Below, in pieces: positions 45,685-56,553 of a stretch of DNA of 64,000 nt; positions within the stretch are counted from its first letter, which is position 1; each line of letters opens with the position of its first letter. Source of the stretch: a bacterium (GTDB lineage Bacteria; SAR324; JACQKK01). A program made the translations under genes and the position numbers. The stretch lies in NCBI GenBank assembly GCA_965240465.1, contig OZ251219.1:384001-448000 (forward strand), written 5' to 3'. The notes beneath the pieces are model-generated. The model did not search any database and was not told where the DNA came from. It saw only the letters and a program-made list of their open reading frames with translations.

Positions 45685-48624
45685 TCAAAGAGAATCTAAA
45701 TCTGGCTCATCCAATTCTGCCAGCATTGCCTCACGCACCTGAGCCGAAAGTTTCACCGTGGCTTGCCAATCCTTTCCACTAGGCTGGATGCCCGTCAGCA
45801 ATTTAACTTGCAATTTGGAGAATTGTGGTTGCCAGCGTCCTAAACGGAGCATATCTCGTACCCCTTTCAGCACCACCGGGATGACTGGTACTCCTAATCG
45901 GGCGGCGGCTGAAAAAGCTCCCAGCCGAAATTGCTTCAGCCCAGGCTGACGCGTAATAGCACCTTCGGGAAATACCATTAATCCACCGCCTTCTTGCAAT
46001 ACCGAATCCAGTAAGACAGCTTGAGTACCTTTTTCCGAGTCAAGTTGTGCTACAAACACCGTCTGCAGGCGACCCAAAAACCAGCCCAAAAAAGCCGACT
46101 TAGTTAAATCTGCCTTGGCAACAAAACGCACCGACCGCGATAAAACTGCGACCAATACTAGGCTATCCAAATAACTAGTGTGATTACTTACCAGCACAAA
46201 AGCCCCCGTTTTAGGAACATTCTCCTTACCCTGCACCCGAGGAAAAACCCCTCCTAGCTTCAGCAAAATGCGTGATAACCAGCTTAAGCAAGCATAACGC
46301 CAAGAAACTCGCCCTAGTATTCCAAAGCATGCCATAGGCAAAAACAAGCACCCCCATAGCCATACATAAGACCCATAACTCCATCTCAATAACCCCGAAA
46401 AAACACGATGAACATATCGCCTTCTCGTTCCCAAAAAAGTACCCCTACTACTGCCCCCTAAGCTGCCTCTTAGGCGTCCTTGAAGATACAATTCCCGCAT
46501 AGATTGACGGCGAATCTTACCACTGGAAGTCTTTAACACTGACTTCGGCTTGAGAAACAAAACCTCATCCACTCCGCTATCCCAAACACTAAGAGCCAAA
46601 GCACTCACCTGCAACCGCAATTTATCTAGCTCTATTTCATCGGAAACCCGCGTTTCCAGGGCGGCTATCACTCGCTCGCTGCCGATGGCCGTATCTAAAA
46701 CTCCAAACACCACCACGCAACCCCTCCGTACCCCCTTTAATCTTCCCAAAGTCACCTCCAGCAAATGAGGATGTAAATTACGCCCCGCCCGTACAATAAC
46801 ATCCTTATCCCTTCCCGTGACATAAACCTCGCCCCCAGACAAATAACCCCGATCGCCAGACTGCAACCAGCCATCCTTACCATATAAACCTGCCGTCTGT
46901 TTCGGATTGAGATAATATCCCTCCGTTGCCGAAGGCCCCCGAAATTGTAACAAGCCCTCCCGCCTTTCTGCCAATTCTGCCCCCCGATAATTCACCACCC
47001 GTACCTCATGTCCTGATAAGGGCATCCCACAGCTGACTACCTCCATCGCTCCCCTCTCCAAAGGAACTTCCAAACCCCCCGCCGCTCGCAAACACGCCAA
47101 ACCCCTAGCCTCAAAAACCTCCTTATCAATCTGCTCTACCCGCACTCCCCGCTCCGCCCCAGAAAAAGCCAACCCCACCGAACACTCTGCCAAACCATAC
47201 ACCGGCATCAAAGCCCTAACTGATAAACCACTATCAGCAAAACGATGCCAAAATCGCCTCAGTGTATCCGCCAAAACAGGCTCCGCTCCGTTGAACGCAT
47301 AACGCCAACTTTTCAAGTTTAATCCAGACACCATTCTATGCTTACCCACCGTCTGGCGTAAGCATAACTCATAAGCAAAATTAGGGCCCCCAGAAATGGT
47401 ACCGCCAAAGGAACTGAGAACCTCCAGCCACCGCATCGGGCGTGTTAAAAAACTAAAGGGAGACATCAAACCCAAGGGAATGCCATGGTAAAGACTGCCT
47501 AGCCAAGCTCCAATCAATCCCATATCATGATACAAAGGCAGCCAGCTCACAAATCGGTCTGAGGGGCTAACCTGCAAAGCCTTCCCCATTGCCCGAATGT
47601 TTGCCAGCAACTGAGCATGAGTCAACATTACTCCCTTAGGATCCCCCGTACTACCAGAGGTGTACTGCAAATGTGCCAGTGAATTAGCACTCGGTTGCTT
47701 CCAATCTCCCAACTGCCACTCTCCTCGCTGACTACCGCCCCGAGATTTGCCTCCCCGAGATTTGCCTCCCCAAGATTTGCCTCCCCGAGATTTGCCTCCC
47801 CGATTTGCCTGCGTCATCAACCGCTGCGGAGTAGTCAACCTCCGTAAAAACGGACTTAAATCCTTCATGACATTTCCCAAATCCAAGTTTTCAGCTGGGG
47901 TGATCAGCATCCCGATCTTAGCCTGATGCAATATCTGACCATGCCTTTTAATGTACTCGGCTGCCTGATTAGCCCTAAAAGGAGGATACAAGGGTACTGG
48001 GACGCCCCCCGCCAGCAAAACCCCAAAAAAACAGCAGAGATATTCCCGCCCAGTCGGAAGCATAATGGCAACTGGTTCAGCATCCCGTAAGCCCTCCATC
48101 CTTAAGCCCCAAGCCAACTCAACCGCGCCATCCCACAAACCCCGATAACTCAAATCCTCTCCCGCACCATCAAAAAAACGTACATGCAAATGCTCGCCCG
48201 AATGCTCCACCCGCCACCGCAAGACCTCCACTAAGGTGCCCGCCCGATGCGGTGACTTGCTACTCCCTACCTCCAAAAATGCCCGTGTTTCTCCCGATTG
48301 CCTACCCAGCTTCCCCTGCTCTGATGGCTTCATTTGTGCCGTTCTCGCCCGTAGCCCCGAGAGCAAATCTCCCGGAGTACGGGCCTCAGCCAGAATCTCT
48401 GATGGTGGCAGAAAACCAAATTCGCCCTCTATCCTTTGCCACAACTCCACCCGACCGAGGCTATCGAGCCCTAGTTCTTCATCCAAGTGGGTCCCTAAGT
48501 CCACTGCCACTGGCAGTCGCTGAGGATGTAATTGACGCGATAATTCAGTGATCAAGCCCAGCAAAATTTCTGCCTCGGAAGCCGGATTTTTTTTATTTTT
48601 TTCGCTAGCTGAAGAATAAGCCAT
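45685..48624 (-). CDS. Fused acyl carrier protein / fatty acyl-AMP ligase / PlsC-type acyltransferase
   Basis: [11 protein letters not shown] (Ppant Ser), [50 protein letters not shown]. Confidence 0.9.
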   Translation of the reverse strand: MAYSSASEKNKKNPASEAEILLGLITELSRQLHPQRLPVAVDLGTHLDEELGLDSLGRVELWQRIEGEFGFLPPSEILAEARTPGDLLSGLRARTAQMKPSEQGKLGRQSGETRAFLEVGSSKSPHRAGTLVEVLRWRVEHSGEHLHVRFFDGAGEDLSYRGLWDGAVELAWGLRMEGLRDAEPVAIMLPTGREYLCCFFGVLLAGGVPVPLYPPFRANQAAEYIKRHGQILHQAKIGMLITPAENLDLGNVMKDLSPFLRRLTTPQRLMTQANRGGKSRGGKSWGGKSRGGKSRGGSQRGEWQLGDWKQPSANSLAHLQYTSGSTGDPKGVMLTHAQLLANIRAMGKALQVSPSDRFVSWLPLYHDMGLIGAWLGSLYHGIPLGLMSPFSFLTRPMRWLEVLSSFGGTISGGPNFAYELCLRQTVGKHRMVSGLNLKSWRYAFNGAEPVLADTLRRFWHRFADSGLSVRALMPVYGLAECSVGLAFSGAERGVRVEQIDKEVFEARGLACLRAAGGLEVPLERGAMEVVSCGMPLSGHEVRVVNYRGAELAERREGLLQFRGPSATEGYYLNPKQTAGLYGKDGWLQSGDRGYLSGGEVYVTGRDKDVIVRAGRNLHPHLLEVTLGRLKGVRRGCVVVFGVLDTAIGSERVIAALETRVSDEIELDKLRLQVSALALSVWDSGVDEVLFLKPKSVLKTSSGKIRRQSMRELYLQGRLRGSLGGSSRGTFLGTRRRYVHRVFSGLLRWSYGSYVWLWGCLFLPMACFGILGRVSWRYACLSWLSRILLKLGGVFPRVQGKENVPKTGAFVLVSNHTSYLDSLVLVAVLSRSVRFVAKADLTKSAFLGWFLGRLQTVFVAQLDSEKGTQAVLLDSVLQEGGGLMVFPEGAITRQPGLKQFRLGAFSAAARLGVPVIPVVLKGVRDMLRLGRWQPQFSKLQVKLLTGIQPSGKDWQATVKLSAQVREAMLAELDEPDLDSL
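47738..47810. repeat. 15-bp tandem repeat (GGKSR) x4-5 inside the AMP-ligase domain
   Basis: ccccgagatttgcct units. Confidence 0.9.
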
Positions 48625-48696
48625 TTAGTCTTACACAGCCACTTGATGAAATTTTAGCTAAACCCATTAAATTAAACCAATTGATAGTCCATGATA

Positions 48697-48770
48697 TCGG
48701 GGTGAGAGGATTCGAACCTCCGACCTCTTCGTCCCGAACGAAGCACGCTACCAGACTGCGCCACACCCCG
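48697..48770 (-). tRNA. tRNA-Pro (anticodon CGG), CCA not encoded
   Basis: Minus strand CGGGGTGTGGCGCAGTCTGGTAGCG...CTTCG-TTCGGGA-CGAAG...GGTTCGAATCC...CACCCCGA cloverleaf. Confidence 0.95.
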
Positions 48771-48826
48771 TAATTTGATGTAATGCTAGTAGAAAATACC
48801 GTTGGCAAGCAACCTGCAAAAACATC

Positions 48827-50260
48827 TTAATCATGTTTTAGCTTATTCTCTTCTAAAAAAGGTAGTATCTCTCCCATTAGCCAAAAAGAGCCTGTCGCCA
48901 CGAGGGGTAGCTGCGGTCTGTGAAAAGCTTCTTTCAGGGTTTCTGCAACGCTGTCAAAAGTGAGTATCGGTACTGGCAAAGACCCGAGGAATTCTTTTAA
49001 TTGGCTCGGGGATGCTATTTTATCTTGGTTTATGGGGCTAGGGAGCAGGGCTGGAAGCAGAACCCGTTCAGAATGTCGCAGCACATTGTTGAGAGAACGG
49101 CGAATAGAGCTGGTGAGACGCTCCTTAGCTAGCACCAGTAAAATTTGATTAGGGATCAGTTTCCATTGTCGTAGTTGGCGTGCTAGGGCTGCCAGTGCTT
49201 GAGGATTGTGAGCTCCATCCAGCAGAATGGATTTAAGAGGCTGGGGTGGGGGCTGAGCTGCTGGGGGCTGAGCTGCTGAGGACTGAGCTACTGGTGACCA
49301 CTCTGTCGTAGGCAAACCGAAGTTACACCTGAGGTCAAGGCGAGCGGGTAAATGTACTTGGCAGAGGGCTGGCAGCCATTTTTGTCGTTGTGAGGCATTT
49401 GCTGATTGCCACAGGCTCCAGCCTACTGCCAGAGCATTAGCCAGGGCTGCCTGCCATGGAGGGGTTTGCTGCTGAGAGAAAGCCAGCTTGCTTTTACTAA
49501 TCATGCCATCTGGCCAACGAACACTGATGCGATTTTCCTGCCTTTTTATTTGAATAAGTCGGGCTGGAATCAGGCGACATTTTTGGTGTCTTAGCTGAGT
49601 ACTCATCCAGTTTTCCAACTGAGGGTTTTGGGCTGCCAGCACCACCAAGCCATTGTGAGCAATTCCCATTTTTTGGGTGGCGATCTGTCGCAAGCTATGC
49701 CCCAAGATGGCTTGATGATCCAATCCCAAGCGGGTTATTACTGCCACTTCTTTGGGGATGGCATTGGTAGCATCGGCTACCCCTCCTAGTCCTGTTTCCA
49801 GTACTGCCCAATAAGTTTGATTATCGGTTCGGCAGTTGTCAAAAGCCACCATGGCGGTAGCAGTGAGTAAATCAAAAAACGAGCAATCGGTCTTTAACTG
49901 ACGAGCAGCTACTAACACTGGACGGGCAGCTGCCACAAAATCTGCTCGGCTGAGGCTATGACCGCCCCAAGCAATGCGTTCCCGTAATTCCATCAAATGA
50001 GGAGAAGTGAATAATCCCCCTGGGGTACCCGTGTGGACTTCCAGCAGGCGAGCAATCAGGGTGCTGGTAAGTCCCTTGCCATTGGTACCTGCCACATGGA
50101 TTATCTTAAATCCCTTCTCCGGCGAACCCAATATCTGCAATAGCTGTCGGACTACTCCCAGCCTTTGAGGACCCGCTTGCCTCACCGTCCGAGTAGAAAT
50201 TAACTCTCCCGCAAGCTGCTCATATTCTAAATCGGGCAGTCTACTCCTTCCAACGAGCAT
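48827..50260 (-). CDS. folC: Folylpolyglutamate synthase / dihydrofolate synthase
   Basis: IHVAGTNGKG, FTSPHL, ETGLGG..DATN, GLDH, LDGAHNP, TGSF. Confidence 0.9.
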   Translation of the reverse strand: MLVGRSRLPDLEYEQLAGELISTRTVRQAGPQRLGVVRQLLQILGSPEKGFKIIHVAGTNGKGLTSTLIARLLEVHTGTPGGLFTSPHLMELRERIAWGGHSLSRADFVAAARPVLVAARQLKTDCSFFDLLTATAMVAFDNCRTDNQTYWAVLETGLGGVADATNAIPKEVAVITRLGLDHQAILGHSLRQIATQKMGIAHNGLVVLAAQNPQLENWMSTQLRHQKCRLIPARLIQIKRQENRISVRWPDGMISKSKLAFSQQQTPPWQAALANALAVGWSLWQSANASQRQKWLPALCQVHLPARLDLRCNFGLPTTEWSPVAQSSAAQPPAAQPPPQPLKSILLDGAHNPQALAALARQLRQWKLIPNQILLVLAKERLTSSIRRSLNNVLRHSERVLLPALLPSPINQDKIASPSQLKEFLGSLPVPILTFDSVAETLKEAFHRPQLPLVATGSFWLMGEILPFLEENKLKHD

Positions 50261-51947
50261 AATAACACCTCACCCAGCCCGAACCCATCCAACCCAATAA
50301 CAACAACCAAGCAATGAGTGACAACCGCGACCACCACTGCCGATGACGAGCATAAAAAGACGCTCGCTCGGGTAGACTTAACTGAGCACGCAATACCCCT
50401 TCTGTATACACAGGCAGAATCTCAGTCACCCTCCGACCTTGGGCATCTACCACCAAACTTTCACCATTCTGCGACAATAACACCACCGGTAGACCAGTCT
50501 CAGCCGCCCGCATGCGAATGAATAACTCCATCAGGCGACTAAGACCAGTATCGCCAAACCAAGCCAGATTAGCCATCACTACTATGACATTGGCACCAGA
50601 GCCAACCATACCCATAGCTACCCCCCGATTAGTCAAGTCAAAGCAAATTATCGGAGCTACCCGTATCCTATCTGTTAGCCGAAACACGGTGTATTCCTTG
50701 CCAGCTTCAAAATTGCTAATTTCGGGTACTAATTTTTTCACCAGCTTTCCCCAAGCTGGAAAATAATCAGCAAAAGGAATGGTCTCGCCAAAGGGCATCA
50801 GGGAAATTTTGTCATAGCGTTCGCCCGTCTCCCCATTCGGCAGCACATGAACCGCTGAGCCATAATAGCGATTATCCGCCTTGGTCTTCCCCAGATCCGC
50901 GTGCATGGTACTTAAGATGATATTGATTTTCAATCGCCTTGCCAAATTCTCCATCTGCTCCCGCCCAGAACGATTGAGAAAATACCAAGGTCCAAACACA
51001 GATTCTGGCCAAACCAATAACTCTGTACTAGGTGGATTTTCTCCGCTTGCCTCTTGGCGTGTCAGCTGCACTGCTCCTTCAGAATCGGCTACCAATTCAG
51101 TCAAGTTCTGAAAGCGAGCTTGGGGAAGCAACTCTGGATTAGATGTCAAATGTGCCAAAGATAAATTAGGCTGCAAACCCACCAATTGCAGCTTGGCAGA
51201 ATCATCATGCTCTGGGGCGGTAGCAGTTCGTCTTAAGACCAGCTCGCCATCGGCTGCCAGTAAAAGCAGCACCCCCGCCAAGGCACTCCCCATGAGGACT
51301 AGCGGGAGAACTGGCGGTTTCGGGGGCGTACTTTTTTCCTTCCACCACCACCGTACCATCAAATACAACCATAACTGCCACCCCAAAAATACCGCGTCTA
51401 GTCCCTCCGTCCCCAGCCAACGCTGCGACTGCACCAACTGCGGCACAGTGTGCATTAGATAACCCGGACTCCACACGAACCACCCCGAACTCAGCTGCTG
51501 AATGCCAATCACCCAAATAGGAATCGCCCACCAAATGACCCTCCCCCGCGACCAAAATAAAGCAAATGGCAAGCCAAAATACATCCATAACTGCAAGGAC
51601 ATCAATAATCCGCCCAGACATACCACCAACTTAGCCAAGAAAAATGGTAGCCCTCCAAAAATATGAGCAGAATGTACCAACCACTCAGCATTGAAAAATA
51701 CAAAAATCATCCCCACCGGTAACATACACAGCCAAGAACGCCATAACCGTCCCCCTAGTCCCACCCATACCTCAGTCTCTTTCTGGAATACCAAATCCAA
51801 CAAGAGCCAAATAGGTAGTAAAACCACCAGCCAAACTCCCGCAATACTATACGGAGGACAAGCCAGCACCAAAAGCAACCCCGCCAACAAAATCAATAAC
51901 AAAATAACCCCAGAACGCAGGGATAGGCGGATATTCAATAACTTCAT
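50241..51947 (-). CDS. lnt: Apolipoprotein N-acyltransferase
   Basis: Multi-TM N-terminus; QPN, VWPES, YDKISLMPFGE, IICFD (E-K-C triad). Confidence 0.9.
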   Translation of the reverse strand: MKLLNIRLSLRSGVILLLILLAGLLLVLACPPYSIAGVWLVVLLPIWLLLDLVFQKETEVWVGLGGRLWRSWLCMLPVGMIFVFFNAEWLVHSAHIFGGLPFFLAKLVVCLGGLLMSLQLWMYFGLPFALFWSRGRVIWWAIPIWVIGIQQLSSGWFVWSPGYLMHTVPQLVQSQRWLGTEGLDAVFLGWQLWLYLMVRWWWKEKSTPPKPPVLPLVLMGSALAGVLLLLAADGELVLRRTATAPEHDDSAKLQLVGLQPNLSLAHLTSNPELLPQARFQNLTELVADSEGAVQLTRQEASGENPPSTELLVWPESVFGPWYFLNRSGREQMENLARRLKINIILSTMHADLGKTKADNRYYGSAVHVLPNGETGERYDKISLMPFGETIPFADYFPAWGKLVKKLVPEISNFEAGKEYTVFRLTDRIRVAPIICFDLTNRGVAMGMVGSGANVIVVMANLAWFGDTGLSRLMELFIRMRAAETGLPVVLLSQNGESLVVDAQGRRVTEILPVYTEGVLRAQLSLPERASFYARHRQWWSRLSLIAWLLLLGWMGSGWVRCYYARWKE

Positions 51948-51994
51948 ATTTGGAGATCCAAAGGAGCTAAAATCGCAAATGCCTATTAAGAATC

Positions 51995-53299
51995 TCAGGA
52001 ACGCTGCACGCGGGAGTGCACCCAGCGAAGAACACCAGCCACTACCGATGCCATCAAGCCCCCCTTCATGGGCATGTCTTTATAGGGAGTCCAGCCGCAA
52101 AGGCTATAGACTTCATCATCTCCTTGGGAGATACGCCACTTCCAGTCAGGGTCTATGAGTACCAAATCAGCATCGGCACCTGTTTCTAGGCGTCCTTTGT
52201 TTAATCCGAAATAATGGGCGGCGTTGCCGCTAGTGAGAGCCATCAATCTTTCAAGATCAAACCACCCCCGCTGCCACCAGTTGATGGCATGGGCGAAGAG
52301 ATATTCCACTCCGGGCATACCACTGGGAGCTTGGTGATAGGGGGAATTTTTTTCCATCAGGGTGTGAGGGGCGTGATCGCTGCCTAGGCATCCGTAGCAA
52401 TAGGGCAGGATTCTCAGTAGTTCCTGTTGTAAGAAGCGTTCCCGCAAGGGAGGATTAACCTTGAAGCAATTAGGGTTCACTTGGGGAATATCCTCCACGC
52501 TAAACAATAAATGATGAGGACAAAATTCCATCATTATCTGCTCCTCCATCTTTAAGGCCGCGATCCAATCCCGAGGTTCTGCACAAGTGGTATGTGCCAA
52601 ATATATTTTCACTCCCAGTTCCCGAGCCCACATCAGTACCAATTGAACCGCTCGCAGTTCCGCCCGAGCAGGACGTAGCTGGTGATGATGAAAAACACTG
52701 GGAGGAAATCCATCCCGACAAGCTTCCAGAGTCTCAGCATCTTCGGCATGCACCATGACCGGCAACTGCAACTCTGCCGCCTGACGCATATGCTCCCGAA
52801 TAGCCTCCAAGGGCAACCCCGATTCAGCGGTGGTGGCCCCCATGTATATCTTCAATGCCCGCACTTCTGGCATTTCGGCTGCTTGCTTTACCTCTGCCAG
52901 ATTATCTTCAGTAGCCCCAAAATTATAAAACATGTGGCAAGGAGTATCTTGTCCTAAGGCTATCTTTTCCTTCAGAGCCGCTACGGTAATGGTCTTCGGA
53001 ACGGTATTGGGCATATCCGCACAGGTAGTCACCCCGCCCTTCACTGCTGAAATTCCTCCTGAACGAATGGTCTCTTTATGTTCTCCCCCCGGGGTACGAA
53101 AATGCACGTGCATATCTATCGCCCCTGGTAGCAGTAGCCAGCCCCGACCATCCAGTACTTCTTCCGCGGCGGTAGCTGGCAATTCGGGAGTAGCCGCGAT
53201 TTCGGTTATCACCCCTCCTTCACAACGAACACAAGCCTGCTGCCCATCAGGTAGCCAAATGTCCCTAATTAGCAGAGGATGTTCTTGGACAAGGGACAT
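51995..53299 (-). CDS. pyrC: Dihydroorotase family amidohydrolase
   Basis: PGAIDMHVHFR, DMPNT, VHAED, CPHHL, KVNPPLR, SDHAPH. Confidence 0.85.
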   Translation of the reverse strand: MSLVQEHPLLIRDIWLPDGQQACVRCEGGVITEIAATPELPATAAEEVLDGRGWLLLPGAIDMHVHFRTPGGEHKETIRSGGISAVKGGVTTCADMPNTVPKTITVAALKEKIALGQDTPCHMFYNFGATEDNLAEVKQAAEMPEVRALKIYMGATTAESGLPLEAIREHMRQAAELQLPVMVHAEDAETLEACRDGFPPSVFHHHQLRPARAELRAVQLVLMWARELGVKIYLAHTTCAEPRDWIAALKMEEQIMMEFCPHHLLFSVEDIPQVNPNCFKVNPPLRERFLQQELLRILPYCYGCLGSDHAPHTLMEKNSPYHQAPSGMPGVEYLFAHAINWWQRGWFDLERLMALTSGNAAHYFGLNKGRLETGADADLVLIDPDWKWRISQGDDEVYSLCGWTPYKDMPMKGGLMASVVAGVLRWVHSRVQRS

Positions 53300-53340
53300 A
53301 ATAACCGTACATTCGGCTAGACTACAGAAATCTATACCTT

Positions 53341-53408
53341 ACACAATGCCAGTCTTAATACAATACCAGTCTTGATACAATACCAGTCTTGATACAATGC
53401 CAGTCTTA
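53341..53408. repeat. 17-bp tandem repeat x4 (atacaataccagtcttg) in the divergent pyrC/rdgB intergenic region
   Basis: Units at 53341, 53358, 53375, 53392. Confidence 0.9.
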
Positions 53409-53526
53409 AATTGGGGTAGCTAATTTTTTACTAGCCAGGGACACCTAAGTCCAACTATACAATTAAGCTTAAGGGAGAGCATTGCCTCATAAGATTAAGG
53501 GAGAGCATTGCGGTACTAAGGTCATT

Positions 53527-54117
53527 ATGAAATTGATATTCATAACTGTCAACGCGGGCAAATTACAAGAAGCTCGTCACTGGCTATTGCCGATCCTCCC
53601 CGAGGGCAGTCAGGTAGAAGGTAAGGTGATGAGCTTAGCAGAACCCCAGACCTTAGACCTAAATTATCTGATAGAGAAAAAAGCCGAACAAGCTGCCCAA
53701 CGAATTAAATTTCCGTTTTTGGTGGACGATACTGCCCTTTGTTTTAAGGCTTGGCAGGGTTTGCCAGGGACCTTTGTTAAATTTTTTGTAGATAAAATAG
53801 GCACTCAAGGCTTATTTGACGCCCTAGCAGCTTTTCCCAACCGAGAAGCTACCGCCATTTGTAGCTTGGGTTATCGGGATGCTCAACAGACGCATTATTT
53901 TCAGGCGGAGCTACATGGCAGAATCGTCCCTCCCAGAGGAGGAGGAGGTTTCGGCTGGGATGCCTTATTTCAGCCTGAGGGTAGCCAACAAACCCTAGCC
54001 GAGATGGACCAATCTACCCGCCGTCAATTCTCTATGCGAGCCCGTGCCTTTGAGCAATTAGCGCGTCATATCAGCTTATCCAGCCAGTTCAATAATCCTC
54101 CTCCGCCGTGTAGCTGA
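53527..54117 (+). CDS. rdgB: Non-canonical purine NTP pyrophosphatase (RdgB/Ham1)
   Basis: FIT.NAGK, VDDT.L, GLPG...K, PRG..GFGWD..F.P, SMRARA; likely start 53527. Confidence 0.88.
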   Translation: MKLIFITVNAGKLQEARHWLLPILPEGSQVEGKVMSLAEPQTLDLNYLIEKKAEQAAQRIKFPFLVDDTALCFKAWQGLPGTFVKFFVDKIGTQGLFDALAAFPNREATAICSLGYRDAQQTHYFQAELHGRIVPPRGGGGFGWDALFQPEGSQQTLAEMDQSTRRQFSMRARAFEQLARHISLSSQFNNPPPPCS

Positions 54118-54740
54118 AAAAATCGCACCAGCACCCCACCCGCTCCCAAGAATAATGCAAAGGGCAACGGCGATCCCCATAATGGCTTCCGTTGCAACAA
54201 CAACCAAAATGGCCCCACCAATAATGCCAAACTACTAGACACTAACACCACCCACCAAATTCCCAAAACCCCCACATGAACCCCAATCGCAGCCAGAACC
54301 GCAGCATCGCCCTCGCCCAAACCTGCCCGTCCTCGCAACCAACGATAAAAAAAACCCACCAAAAACAATCCCCCCGCCCCCAATAACGCCCCTGTTAAGC
54401 CATCCAGCAATAATCCTAATCCCCCATCTTCCAAACCCAGCCATAGCAAACGGGATACCAACGAAATCGCTATAAGCCATGGTTCCACCTGTAGGGTCTT
54501 AAAATCCATTATTGCCAATAAATACAAGGGCAACACCATGGTCACCGCCTCAAAACGACCAGCCGGCAACACCAAAACCCACCCCAGCATTATTAGCCCC
54601 AACCCCAACGGATGTCCAAAAAGCTCCACTCTACTAAGCATCACCCCCATCCGAATCAGCCACTTACACAACCATACCCCTGCCAACCCACCGCTACTGG
54701 CATAGCAAAACACCAGAAAAAAATTCCAGCCGCTGATCAT
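54066..54740 (-). CDS. A24 family prepilin peptidase (peptidase domain only)
   Basis: Two catalytic Asp motifs AIMDF and GLGEGD, and LPFALFL; lacks the N-terminal CxxC zinc domain. Confidence 0.8.
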   Translation of the reverse strand: MISGWNFFLVFCYASSGGLAGVWLCKWLIRMGVMLSRVELFGHPLGLGLIMLGWVLVLPAGRFEAVTMVLPLYLLAIMDFKTLQVEPWLIAISLVSRLLWLGLEDGGLGLLLDGLTGALLGAGGLFLVGFFYRWLRGRAGLGEGDAAVLAAIGVHVGVLGIWWVVLVSSSLALLVGPFWLLLQRKPLWGSPLPFALFLGAGGVLVRFFQLHGGGGLLNWLDKLI

Positions 54741-56455
54741 TTGTTCTTCCTTGCCGATTCGGTGTTCCTAAGCCTCATTAAAATCCTCTCTTGTTGCCAC
54801 TTAAACCATCCCACTACCAGCAGTAGCAATATCATATAAAACCCCAGCAAACCCTGCAACGACCAACCTAACTGATGCTCAAACACAAAAGGTGATCCCT
54901 GCTTACGCAGAAATTGCACCAACACCAGCCAAGCATCCAATATCCACTGCAAACTCCCGAAAAGCATCCACTCCACCCAACCTCCAACCGAAATATGAAA
55001 GAGCATCAAGCCCAAACTCAGTACCATTGCCATTAAACCGACAGGCAGTACAATCAATCCCAGCAAGGGAGCAATTAGTAAATTACCCGCAAAAGCTAAT
55101 AAACTAATCCTGCCAAATACATAGCTGGTCAAAGGCCACAAACCCAAAATGATAAAAGCACTTACCCACAAATTCATGCCGATAAACCTTCTACCGCTTT
55201 TAAGCAGTTTGAGCCACCATCTCCTCGGAATGTTCTCCCTCCTGTCCCTAGGAAAACACCCTAAACCCAAAGTTAGAAAAAAATATGCCAAAAAAGAAAG
55301 CTGAAACGATAACTCATAAACCACACTGGCATCCCACCACAGCAAAAGTAAGGCAGCTACTCCCAATAAATGCAACTTAGCAATACGCAAACCCGCTAAA
55401 CCACTCCCCAATAACATACTACCCATCACCCCCGCCCGCACCGCCGGAGGAGGCCAACCAATCATGGCAATCTGAGCCCAAACCAAACCCATCGCTAACC
55501 ACCTTTGCCACATCCTTCCCGCTTCAGCATTGCTCCAAGCAGGACAAAAACGACGCACCCAGCCTAAAACAAACCAAAATACTCCAAAAAATAAACCCAC
55601 ATGCAAACCACTAATAGCCAGTAAATGTGCCACTCCCGCATCCCGAAAACCACGTAATACCTCACGACCCTCCGGCGTTTCTACCCCTCGTAGACCCAAT
55701 AACACCGGCCGATATACCGCATGAGCCCCAGCATCCAAATAATAACCCGCCCGTAAACTCAACTGCCTCTGCAAACTACCTCCCCAACCAACCGCCGCAG
55801 GCAACGGACGCCATACCGCCTCCTTAGCACTAATCACTAATCGCCCCCAACCAGAAGATATATCCAAACCCCTAACCCCCAATCCTAAGGGCAATCCCTT
55901 CCTCACCCGCCACTGCTGCCGAACATCTACCGGTAACCGAATTCGCAACTCCACCGCCCGCTGTTCGGCTTCCCCTCCCAAACTCAAACGAACCTTGCCT
56001 AGCAATACCCACGCCTCCTTCTCATTATGTATCGCCAAACTAGAACTATCACCTGCCCTCTCACTTGCTTCGTTACTTGCTTTGTCATTTGCCCTGATTT
56101 TGTCTATCCCCCGTACCACTCCCGATATCCACAGCCAATCCTTACTTCCAACAGCCTGCCGAATAAGAACCTCTGCTCCCCCATGCCACCACCACAATTG
56201 CCAAAGCAAGGGCCCTACTAATATGCTGACCCATAAACCCTGCCTGCCAAAACCACTAGCCCATAAACCCAGTGCTAAGGATAATCCTCCTACCGCTACC
56301 AAACGTAAATCTACTTCTTCCCGCACCCATAGTAACCAACAAAATATCCCTGCCAACCCCATTAAAGGCAACCACCGAACGAAATGCACCCACCGAACAA
56401 AATGCACCCACCGCATCCGAACATTTAGCGTGAATAGCACCTTTTTTAGTTCCAT
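54737..56455 (-). CDS. comEC: ComEC/Rec2 competence channel protein (no metallo-beta-lactamase domain)
   Basis: GVAHLLAISGLHVG, PAVRAGVM, SFQLSF, GNLL. Confidence 0.88.
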   Translation of the reverse strand: MELKKVLFTLNVRMRWVHFVRWVHFVRWLPLMGLAGIFCWLLWVREEVDLRLVAVGGLSLALGLWASGFGRQGLWVSILVGPLLWQLWWWHGGAEVLIRQAVGSKDWLWISGVVRGIDKIRANDKASNEASERAGDSSSLAIHNEKEAWVLLGKVRLSLGGEAEQRAVELRIRLPVDVRQQWRVRKGLPLGLGVRGLDISSGWGRLVISAKEAVWRPLPAAVGWGGSLQRQLSLRAGYYLDAGAHAVYRPVLLGLRGVETPEGREVLRGFRDAGVAHLLAISGLHVGLFFGVFWFVLGWVRRFCPAWSNAEAGRMWQRWLAMGLVWAQIAMIGWPPPAVRAGVMGSMLLGSGLAGLRIAKLHLLGVAALLLLWWDASVVYELSFQLSFLAYFFLTLGLGCFPRDRRENIPRRWWLKLLKSGRRFIGMNLWVSAFIILGLWPLTSYVFGRISLLAFAGNLLIAPLLGLIVLPVGLMAMVLSLGLMLFHISVGGWVEWMLFGSLQWILDAWLVLVQFLRKQGSPFVFEHQLGWSLQGLLGFYMILLLLVVGWFKWQQERILMRLRNTESARKNK

Positions 56456-56553
56456 CTCTACCTATCTACTTGCTTGAAAAAAACTTCTCACCATAAAATG
56501 ATATGCTAATGTAAATAAAATAATTCGCTGGACAAAAAACAGATAAAATCCAA

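Noticed and set aside
48697-48770. tRNA-Pro as an integration site for an island
   Set aside because: No integrase and no duplicated tRNA 3' end seen in the window.
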